Shown: positions 57,028 to 64,000 of the stretch, one piece after another
Layout: every line of letters starts with the position of its first letter
Position numbering within the stretch: position 1 is the stretch's first letter
NCBI GenBank assembly: GCA_030674475.1
Contig: JAUSCZ010000017.1
Span: 110,755-174,754, forward strand
Direction of reading: 5' to 3'
Length of the DNA stretch: 64,000 bases
Origin: Candidatus Omnitrophota bacterium
Lineage (GTDB): Bacteria; Omnitrophota; Gorgyraeia; Gygaellales; UBA12090
Program-made: the position numbers and the translations under genes
The notes under the pieces: model-generated
Databases searched by the model: none
Told to the model about the DNA's origin: nothing
Seen by the model: the letters and a program-made list of their open reading frames with translations, nothing else

Positions 57028-57501
57028 CTAGGCACAATCAGCAGCGGTACAGATTTCAATCGCACCACCGGTGTTTACCTCATAACCATCATCTCCAGTA
57101 GTTGGCCTACTAACAGGATTTGCCAGAAGCTGGTAACCGGTCGCGGCGAATGTACAAGTAAAAGTATAACCACTGATATCATTACCGCAGAGTCTTGTTC
57201 CGGTAACGCTGCCCAGGGTATCTGCATCGCCTGTAGCAGCCACATCAACTGGGTACAATCCACCAGCTCCTTGCGCAGCAAAAGTCTCTGCCTCAGTAGC
57301 TATGGTTTTAAGATTTGCCTGGGCTGATGCCTGATTGGCTGCCCTTCTGGCATTAAGCAAACTGGGTATACCTACCGCGGCCAATAAGGCAATAATGGCC
57401 ACCACAATCATAATTTCGACTAAGGTAAAACCACTTCTTTTATTTTTGATAAACATAGTAATCCTCCCTCTTTCTTGCGAAGCTCTCCGAAGTATGTTCA
57501 A
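57028..57501 (-). CDS. Type IV pilin / GspG-like major pseudopilin.
   Basis: The motif KRSGFTLVEIMIVVAIIALLAAV is present. The true start is probably the internal Met (MFIKNKRSGFTL) at about 57456. Confidence 0.65.
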   Translation of the reverse strand: MNILRRASQERGRITMFIKNKRSGFTLVEIMIVVAIIALLAAVGIPSLLNARRAANQASAQANLKTIATEAETFAAQGAGGLYPVDVAATGDADTLGSVTGTRLCGNDISGYTFTCTFAATGYQLLANPVSRPTTGDDGYEVNTGGAIEICTAADCA

Positions 57502-57667
57502 AAAATGTGATTTTTTGACTTTGAAAATTCGGAGTATTTTTTTATATATAATAGATATAATAGATTGAACCCTTTGCTTCTTCTTTCCCTATCCTCCTTT
57601 CTGCCTTAAAGTAAGGCAATATATAACCATACTATTATCAACCCTGCGAAAAACCTTGTCAAGAGAA

Positions 57668-57774
57668 ATTTTAGGGTGAAATTTTAGGGTGGGTTTAGAA
57701 CCCTATTTTAGGGGTGGGTTTAGAACCCACCCCTACATGGGACAAATAAAAATGCCTATTGGCGCGCCAATAGG
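57668..57774. repeat. Tandem-repeat and hairpin region: (AAATTTTAGGGTG)x2, (GGGTTTAGAACCC)x2, and the 20-bp perfect palindrome CCTATTGGCGCGCCAATAGG at 57755-57774.
   Basis: Direct inspection shows the AGGGGTGGGTTTAGAACCCACCCCT hairpin at 57706-57730. The region lies in the rsmA-pilin intergenic gap. Confidence 0.4.
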
Positions 57775-57955
57775 CTCAGATGTTATTTATCACCCTTTGG
57801 CAACCCGGCTGTCCTTCGGCTTATTTTACGGTGAGGACCCTTGGCTTTGCGCCCCATCCTTACGGATGGTTTACTCTTATCAGTAGTGTATCTTTAATCA
57901 AAGTATACCACATATTCCCTAAAATGCAAATTTTTTTACCGCTGGGTCCACTTTG

Positions 57956-58750
57956 TCAATACTGGTTAACACGGTTCGCCAATCTGGCAAAATCGGCCAG
58001 GGATAAATCTTCGGCCCGTAGGTTTGGTTTGAGCTTGGCTGATTTTAAGCAATCCTTAAGTAAAGGCTCAGGCAGTAATGAACCCAGGCTGTTTTTGAGG
58101 GATTTGCGGCGCTGATTAAAGGCACAGCGGATAAGCTTAAAGAATAATTGCTCATCACTCACCCTTACTTTAGGTTTAGAGAGTATTTTTAACTTCAGAA
58201 AACAGGAATCCACCTTGGGCGCCGGCCAAAAAGAGGTATTCTTGATAGGAAAAAGAATCTGGGCATCAGAATAAAATTGGATAAAACAACTAATTGAGCC
58301 GTATTCCTTGCTTCCCGGCCCGGTGGTTAAACGCGAAGCCAATTCTTTCTGCAAGGTGAGGTACATCTCTTTGATTACTTCTCTATGCTCAAACAGATGG
58401 GTGATAATCGGGGTGGAGATATAATAAGGCAGGTTGGCGATAACTTTAAGTTTTTTATCATTTTTGATAAAATCGCGGATATCGAACTTTAAGATATCCT
58501 GATTAATCAGCTCAAAATTCTGATAGCCGGAAAATTTATCCCTTAAAATCGCGCAAAGAGATGAGTCTATTTCAACGGCAATAACTTTTTTGACCTTCTC
58601 CAAGAGGAACGATGTCAGCTCCCCCCTTCCCGGTCCTATCTCTAAAACAACATCGCTTTTTTTGAGATTACCCGACTGGATTATCTTTTCTTGGATATTT
58701 TTATCAACTAAGAAATTCTGGCCTAAGCTTTTCTTAGGTTTTGGGCGCAT
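57956..58750 (-). CDS. rsmA: 16S rRNA (adenine1518/1519-N6)-dimethyltransferase RsmA/KsgA.
   Basis: Motifs VLEIGPGRGELT and ANLPYYISTPI are present. Confidence 0.8.
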   Translation of the reverse strand: MRPKPKKSLGQNFLVDKNIQEKIIQSGNLKKSDVVLEIGPGRGELTSFLLEKVKKVIAVEIDSSLCAILRDKFSGYQNFELINQDILKFDIRDFIKNDKKLKVIANLPYYISTPIITHLFEHREVIKEMYLTLQKELASRLTTGPGSKEYGSISCFIQFYSDAQILFPIKNTSFWPAPKVDSCFLKLKILSKPKVRVSDEQLFFKLIRCAFNQRRKSLKNSLGSLLPEPLLKDCLKSAKLKPNLRAEDLSLADFARLANRVNQY

Positions 58751-59679
58751 TGGATGGCGGTCTTAATGGCTTGAATCAGGGATTCGGCGGAGGCGGCGTT
58801 CTTTCCGGCGATATCAAAGGCAGTGCCGTGGGCTGTGGAAGTGCGCGCGAAAGGCAGGCCTAAGGTGACATTGACCGCGCCCTTAAAGCCGGTAAGCTTT
58901 AAGGGAATAAGCCCCTGGTCATGATACATCGCTATTATACAGGCAAATTCTTCAGCCTTTAAAAAAATGGTATCCGCGGGATACGGGCCGCTCACCGAAA
59001 TGCCTTTAGCTCTGGCCTTCTTTATTGCCGGGATAATAATCTGCTTTTCTTCTTCACCGATTGCGCCGTTATCAGAGGCGTGAGGATTTAGCCCGCAGAC
59101 GGCAATCTTGGGATGATTAATCCCGAATAAGCCGGCCAGGCCTTCGGCTGTCCCTAAGATAATTTTAAATATCTTCTCTTGGCTTAAAGATCCGGGAACA
59201 TCTTTTAAGCTGATATGTTGGGTAACTAAGGAAACCCTGAGTTTACGATTAAACAACATCATCACTTCATCCTTTACTCCAAAGTATTCCGCGATGTATT
59301 CGGTATGCCCCCGGTAACCACATCCGGCCAGCTTAAGCGCTTCTTTATTAATAGGACAGGTAACTAAGCAATCCGCTCTTTTTGCCTTAATCAATTCTAA
59401 AGCCTTTTCTAAATATTCCCAGGAAGCCCGGCCGTATTCAGCCCGGACCTTACCAAATTCAAAATTCTTCCTGGGAACATTCTCTAAATCTATGATTTTG
59501 AATTTTTGATTTTTCCTGCCGGACGGCAGGCTGGGATTTTTATTAAACGCCCAGGCGTCCCCGATAACCGTCCAATCCGCCAAACTTTTTACCTGCGGAC
59601 TGCTTAAAGCCTTAACGATAATCTCAGGCCCTATCCCGGAAGGATCCCCCATCGTTATCAGACATCTTATCTTAGGCAT
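58723..59679 (-). CDS. pdxA: 4-hydroxythreonine-4-phosphate dehydrogenase.
   Basis: The PdxA fold is present with HTEY and TAHGTAFDIAG motifs. It sits between surA and rsmA, conserving the surA-pdxA-ksgA synteny. Confidence 0.8.
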   Translation of the reverse strand: MPKIRCLITMGDPSGIGPEIIVKALSSPQVKSLADWTVIGDAWAFNKNPSLPSGRKNQKFKIIDLENVPRKNFEFGKVRAEYGRASWEYLEKALELIKAKRADCLVTCPINKEALKLAGCGYRGHTEYIAEYFGVKDEVMMLFNRKLRVSLVTQHISLKDVPGSLSQEKIFKIILGTAEGLAGLFGINHPKIAVCGLNPHASDNGAIGEEEKQIIIPAIKKARAKGISVSGPYPADTIFLKAEEFACIIAMYHDQGLIPLKLTGFKGAVNVTLGLPFARTSTAHGTAFDIAGKNAASAESLIQAIKTAIQCAQNLRKA

Positions 59680-59681
59680 AA

Positions 59682-60587
59682 TTATTCCGGTTTAATCTGA
59701 ATATAGGATTTTTCTTTTAAGCCCTCAATCCACTCCAGCATAGCCACGGCAAACTTCTCCTCAGAAAAATAGCTGTATATTCTGTCGTGAACCTCGGATA
59801 GGCCCTGAACCTTGGGAGGGAGTATCTCAAGAATCTTAAATATATAGTAACCGTTTCCCGCTTTGGCGGGATCGGATATTTCAAGGGCCTTCAGGCCGGA
59901 AAAACCCTCTTGAAGCTCAGGCCTAATCTGCTCTTTAGAAATAGTATCCTTGGCGTAGGCGGACTTATAAAGTTTAGCCGCCTCTTGAAAATCCATCCCG
60001 TTTTTTACGGCTTCGCTTAAATTGGCCAGCATAGCTTCATTTTCAATATAAAGGGTCTCTACGGTGCGGGTTTCCGTCAGGTTAAACAGCTCGGACTTAT
60101 TTTTCTCGTAAAACTTAGTTACCTCATCCGGGCTGACTACGATCTTATCCCGCACTTCTCTTTCAACCACCTCGCGCATTATCATCTGGTCGGCAACCTT
60201 ATCTTCCATATCCTTAACGGTCAGGCCTTTTTGTTTCAGGCTGTTCTCAAAATCAGTCTCTGAAGCGAAAGCGGCCTTCATCTGCGCTATCCTCTCTTTT
60301 ACTCTTTCAAGTCTGGCTTGATAGCCTTTGCGTTTAGCCTCCTGGAGAATAATTTTATCCTCCACCATCTTAGAAATAAGCTGTTCTTTCTCTTCCTTCA
60401 TTCTCTCATCCAGCTCTATTCCTTTATATTGCTGACCAAGCTGTAAGGATATTATACTTAAATATACATCCGCCTCAGACTGGGTGATGGTATCCTGATT
60501 GACTACGGCGATTATCCTGTCTACGGCGGATGAGTTAGAAACAAATGCTAAAAAAAGATAAAAAACAAAAAAAAGTCTTGCCAACAT
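59682..60587 (-). CDS. SurA N-terminal domain-containing periplasmic chaperone (SurA-like, short).
   Basis: A signal peptide and a SurA_N-like helical region are present. It is immediately upstream of pdxA. Confidence 0.55.
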   Translation of the reverse strand: MLARLFFVFYLFLAFVSNSSAVDRIIAVVNQDTITQSEADVYLSIISLQLGQQYKGIELDERMKEEKEQLISKMVEDKIILQEAKRKGYQARLERVKERIAQMKAAFASETDFENSLKQKGLTVKDMEDKVADQMIMREVVEREVRDKIVVSPDEVTKFYEKNKSELFNLTETRTVETLYIENEAMLANLSEAVKNGMDFQEAAKLYKSAYAKDTISKEQIRPELQEGFSGLKALEISDPAKAGNGYYIFKILEILPPKVQGLSEVHDRIYSYFSEEKFAVAMLEWIEGLKEKSYIQIKPE

Positions 60588-60640
60588 CTAAGCCTCCGGC
60601 TATGAATAACAAACAAAAAATGTTGAATAATAAAGTATCA

Positions 60641-60727
60641 GTCAGCGTGTAGGGGTCAGCGTCCGCTGACCTTACAATATTCGTTGCCTTACCTGCCTGC
60701 CGGCAGGCAGGCGGCAACCGCTACTTC
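60641..60727. repeat. Family-2 element copy C.
   Basis: Sequence: GGGGTCAGCGTCCGCTGACC...GTTGCCTTACCTGCCTGCCGGCAGGCAGGCGGCAACCGCTACTTC. Confidence 0.5.
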
Positions 60728-60765
60728 TTCATTCATCATTCCTGGTTCGCCATTCAATATTCTTC

Positions 60766-62703
60766 CTAATTATTTACACCTTTAGTTTTAAGGAAATCCA
60801 CTGCTTCTTTCAACAGGCGGCAGTAAAGGTCAAAACCCACGGCCTGGATATGGCCGTGCTGCTGGGTGCCCAGCAGATTTCCCGCCCCGCGAATCTCCAA
60901 GTCCTCCATTGCTATCCTAAAGCCTGAACCCAACTGAGAATATTCTTTTACTGCCTCTAAGCGCTTGCGGGCCTGCGGATTCAAGGGTTCATTCTTAGGA
61001 ATAAGAAAATAACTATAAGCCTTGCGGTCAAACCTGCCCACCCGTCCCCTGAGTTGATGCAAGTCGGACAAGCCAAAGGTGTGGGCATTATTAACTATTA
61101 TGGTATTGGCCCCGGGCACATCTATACCCGATTCAATAATAGCAGTAGAAACCAAACAGTCAATCTCTTTATCTAAAAACCTGACCATGACCTCTTCAAG
61201 CTCATGCTCGGGCATCTGTCCGTGGGCAGACACCACCCGCGCCTTGGAATCCGCTAAACTTCTCACCCTTTCACAAACCTCATCTATATCGTGCACCCGG
61301 TTATGCACAAAAAATACCTGGCCGCCTCTCTCTAATTCCCTCTTTAAGGCATAAGAGATAATCTCTTCATCATATTCAGCCACATAAGTAGCCACCGGCA
61401 TACGATTTTGCGGCGGGGTATTGATTGCTGAAATATCTCTCAACCCCATCAGCCCCATATAAAGAGTGCGCGGAATAGGGGTAGCGGTAAGGGTCAAAAC
61501 ATCCACATCGGTTTTTAAAGATTTGATCTTTTCCTTGTTCCTGACTCCGAAACGCTGCTCCTCATCAATAATCAAAAGCCCTAAATTCTTGAAAACGATA
61601 TCATCAGAAAGCAGGCGGTGGGTTCCGATGATTATATCCACGCTCCCCTTTTTTATCCCTTCTATGATTTCTTTTTGTTGGCTATCCGAACGGAATCGGG
61701 AAAGCATTTCCACGGCTACCGGAAAATCCTTAAGCCGGCGCCTGAAATTCTGATAGTGCTGTTCAGCCAGGATTGTAGTCGGCACCAAAATAGCCGCCTG
61801 CTTATTATCCATCACCGCTTTAAAGACCGCGCGCATAGCCACCTCGGTCTTGCCGTATCCCACATCGCCGCATAAAAGCCTATCCATCGCGCCAGGCGAC
61901 TCCATATCTTTTTTTACCTCTAAAACCGCCTTTTTCTGATCTGGGGTTTCGTGGTAAGGAAAGGTATTTTCAAAATCCGCCTGCCACTGAGTATCTTTAC
62001 TAAAGGCGAATCCTCCTAAGGCCAGCCTTTGGGCCTGCTGTCTCAGAAGGCCTACGGCAACCATAGCAATTGCCTTCTGGGCCCGGTTTTTTATTTTCTG
62101 CCATTCCTTGGTCCCTAAGCGATTAATTTTTGGCGGCCGGCCTTTTAAACCGATGAATTTCTGGATGAAATGAATATTTGAAGCAGGAACAAATAGCTTT
62201 TCTTTATTAGCGTATTCTATGACAAAAGCGTCCTGGAGGCCGCGGGCGGTCTTAATTTTCTCTAAGCCCAGATACCTGCCTATGCCGTGCTGGACATGCA
62301 CCACATAATCCCCTTTTTTCAGCTCAATAAATAACTCCAGAGGAATTTCCTGGTTGAACTTTATGGCCGGGGTCGTGGATTTAAGGTCAAAGCGGTTAGA
62401 AACGACTATTCGCGAATGATAGGCTTTATGCTTAGGAAGGATGATTACCGCGTTATGCGGGCCGAGGATTCTATTGGCCGCGATATCAATGCTGGAAACA
62501 GACTCTATTTTATTAAAATCAAATACCAGCCTGATCGGACACTCAAAAGAGGCAGGATAGATATCCATAACTTCTCCCCGCAAGGAGAAATCCCCTTCTT
62601 CCGCTACCTGTTCCTGACGGGAATATCCAAAACCCGCCAAATCCGAAGCTAACTGCTTAGGGTCTATCTGCTGGCCGACATAAAGTTTGAGGGATTTGAA
62701 CAT
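60766..62703 (-). CDS. mfd: Mfd-like transcription-repair coupling factor, short form (645 aa). It lacks most of the N-terminal UvrB-homology module and the C-terminal D7.
   Basis: A CarD/TRCF RNAP-interaction domain is present. Helicase motifs are DVGYGKTEVAMRA, DEEQRFG and QLRGRVGR. The protein ends about 95 aa after motif VI. Confidence 0.65.
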   Translation of the reverse strand: MFKSLKLYVGQQIDPKQLASDLAGFGYSRQEQVAEEGDFSLRGEVMDIYPASFECPIRLVFDFNKIESVSSIDIAANRILGPHNAVIILPKHKAYHSRIVVSNRFDLKSTTPAIKFNQEIPLELFIELKKGDYVVHVQHGIGRYLGLEKIKTARGLQDAFVIEYANKEKLFVPASNIHFIQKFIGLKGRPPKINRLGTKEWQKIKNRAQKAIAMVAVGLLRQQAQRLALGGFAFSKDTQWQADFENTFPYHETPDQKKAVLEVKKDMESPGAMDRLLCGDVGYGKTEVAMRAVFKAVMDNKQAAILVPTTILAEQHYQNFRRRLKDFPVAVEMLSRFRSDSQQKEIIEGIKKGSVDIIIGTHRLLSDDIVFKNLGLLIIDEEQRFGVRNKEKIKSLKTDVDVLTLTATPIPRTLYMGLMGLRDISAINTPPQNRMPVATYVAEYDEEIISYALKRELERGGQVFFVHNRVHDIDEVCERVRSLADSKARVVSAHGQMPEHELEEVMVRFLDKEIDCLVSTAIIESGIDVPGANTIIVNNAHTFGLSDLHQLRGRVGRFDRKAYSYFLIPKNEPLNPQARKRLEAVKEYSQLGSGFRIAMEDLEIRGAGNLLGTQQHGHIQAVGFDLYCRLLKEAVDFLKTKGVNN

Positions 62704-62706
62704 TGT

Positions 62707-62849
62707 AACCGCAGAACCGCAGAGAACGCAGAATGATTTTTAAAAATAAATGTTTCCGCAGAAGCGCAGAGTAATTTATCTTATTAATTCAGCGCTTCCG
62801 CGTTTGCAAATTCAGCGCCTCTGCGGTTCTGCGGTTCTGCGGTTCAGCG
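62707..62849. repeat. Inverted heptamer-repeat array: AACCGCAGAACCGCAGAG ... CTCTGCGGTTCTGCGGTTCTGCGGTT flanking an AT-rich spacer of about 85 bp.
   Basis: The 62707-62735 arm and the 62819-62849 arm are inverted repeats built from CGCAGA(A/G) heptamers. More copies lie in the spacer (TTCCGCAGAAGCGCAGAG). Confidence 0.45.
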
Positions 62850-64000
62850 TTTCTTAGACCAGGCTAAAACTAACGGCGAAGCGATATAGACCGTAGAGTA
62901 TACGCCGGAAACAAAACCCACCAATAGGGTGAAGGCAAAATTATGCAAAACCTCACCTCCCCAGAAAAACAAAGCAATAACCATAAACAGGGTTACACCG
63001 CTGGTAAGGATAGTCCGGGATAACATCTGGTTCACACTCAGGTTAATAATCTCCGCCAAGTTGAGTTTACGCATCGCGCGCATATTCTCCCGCACCCGAT
63101 CATAGATAACAATGGTATCATTGATAGAATAACCGGCAATGGTCAAAAGCGCGGTAACTATCAAAAGGTCAATCTGTTTTCCGGTCAAAGCCAATACGCC
63201 CACGGTAACCAAGATATCATGAAAAAGGGCAATCACCCCGGCGATTCCAAAATTAAAATGCTTAAACCTAGAAGCCACATAGGCCAATATGCCTAACAAT
63301 GATAGCACCAAAGCCCAAACCGCTTTTTTGCTCAATTCCTTGCCTACTACCGGCCCCACCATTTCCACCCGCAGGATATTAAAAGGATTATCTTTAAAGC
63401 CTTCTTTTAGCTTATCCGCGAGGGCCTCTGAACTGTCAGCCGAGGTGCGAATCAGCACTATTTTAGGGTCTTCCTTAAACTGCTGGATTGAGGCTTCGGC
63501 AATACCGGCATCCTTAAGCACCCGGCGCATCTGATCAAGAGAAACCGGCTGAGTAAAACTAAATTCCTGAATTTTACCGCCGGAGAAATCTATCCCGTAG
63601 GCCTCTTTTCCTTTTGAGAAGAATGACCACAGGCCTACCGCTATCAGGATACAGGACAAGGCATAAAATATTTTTCTCTTGCCGATAAAATCCAGTTTTG
63701 TTTCGCCCATTATCTTAAGCATGGGAAGATTCTTAAAATTACGGTTCGACAATAATGTCTCAAAGATGGTGCGGGTAACGAATATGGCGGTAAACATACT
63801 GGCCAATAAACCCACGGTCAGGGTGAGGGCAAATCCGCGGATAGGCCCGGTGCCGAATTGAAACAAAAAGAAGGCCGCGATTAAAGTAGTAACATTAGAA
63901 TCAAAAATCGCGCTAAAGGCCTTGGAATAACCGTTAGTTATTGCCGCGTAAAGAGACTTACCTATTTTTAACTCCTCCCGGATACGCTCATTAATCAGCA
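62844..64000 (-). CDS. secDF: SecDF fusion protein translocase subunit, partial (N-terminus lies beyond the window end).
   Basis: The ORF-track Met (MFQFGTGPIRGFA) is internal. The frame stays open upstream to the window end (...LIAAFFLFQFGTGPIRGF), which is the SecD C-terminus. A SecF-like half follows. Confidence 0.7.
   Translation of the reverse strand, partial: LINERIREELKIGKSLYAAITNGYSKAFSAIFDSNVTTLIAAFFLFQFGTGPIRGFALTLTVGLLASMFTAIFVTRTIFETLLSNRNFKNLPMLKIMGETKLDFIGKRKIFYALSCILIAVGLWSFFSKGKEAYGIDFSGGKIQEFSFTQPVSLDQMRRVLKDAGIAEASIQQFKEDPKIVLIRTSADSSEALADKLKEGFKDNPFNILRVEMVGPVVGKELSKKAVWALVLSLLGILAYVASRFKHFNFGIAGVIALFHDILVTVGVLALTGKQIDLLIVTALLTIAGYSINDTIVIYDRVRENMRAMRKLNLAEIINLSVNQMLSRTILTSGVTLFMVIALFFWGGEVLHNFAFTLLVGFVSGVYSTVYIASPLVLAWSKKR

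Noticed and set aside
4343-57327. Numerous plus-strand ORFs in the track (e.g. 4343..4531, 10130..10366, 17295..17807, 21169..21525, 45941..46291, 56620..57327).
   Set aside because: All lie antisense within well-supported minus-strand genes, have low-complexity translations and lack recognisable motifs. They are treated as spurious.
1-64000. CRISPR arrays, tRNA/rRNA genes, integrases/transposases.
   Set aside because: No regularly spaced direct repeats with unique spacers, no cloverleaf-compatible 70-90 nt segments and no recombinase motifs were seen on inspection.

Overview
This 64 kb window is read almost entirely from the minus strand and looks like an uncultivated, CPR/Omnitrophota-like bacterial genome. 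GC content is roughly 45%, with one AT-rich stretch at 5.2-7.9 kb.

Contents, left to right:
(1) A defense-island-like end (1-5.1 kb). It holds an AbiEii-type nucleotidyltransferase and an HTH protein behind palindromic operators, a frameshifted SAM-MTase, an orphan MNT with a PIN remnant, and a DUF4143 AAA+ ATPase.
(2) A very large glycan/lipid-modification locus (about 5.2-29.4 kb, resuming 33-37.9 kb). It carries eight paralogous B12-binding (class B) radical SAM genes, two of them frameshifted and one fused to a SAM-MTase. Alongside are a SPASM radical SAM, GT2/GT4 glycosyltransferases, GT-C-like membrane proteins, an SDR epimerase, an AsnB amidotransferase, SAM-MTases and a Wzx-like flippase.
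(3) An inserted block (29.5-33.1 kb) with a HepT/MntA toxin-antitoxin pair and an S1 serine peptidase with a free-standing copy of its N-terminal domain. It also holds a nucleotidyltransferase-like gene, a 73-aa hypothetical ORF and a SemiSWEET.
(4) Housekeeping genes: tyrS, rpsA, plsC, phosphohexomutase, rpe, nadD, proA, proB, obg, rplU, rng. No rpmA lies between rplU and obg.
(5) A type IV pilus cluster: pilQ-P-O-N-M, PilX-like, two minor pseudopilins and a GspG-like pilin.
(6) surA-pdxA-rsmA, a short Mfd-like translocase, and the start of secDF.

Non-coding structure is rich and is the most unusual aspect. An 84-bp inverted repeat at 5106-5189 and 52309-52392 (95% identical) brackets 47 kb. 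There are four families of interspersed hairpin repeats. One has five copies, each placing a GTGCGATAAATCGCAC palindrome about 20 nt upstream of a start codon. The two minor pseudopilin genes carry inverted-repeat cassettes inside their 5' coding regions that encode tandem prepilin-cleavage motifs.

No rRNA, tRNA, CRISPR array, transposase or integrase was recognised.
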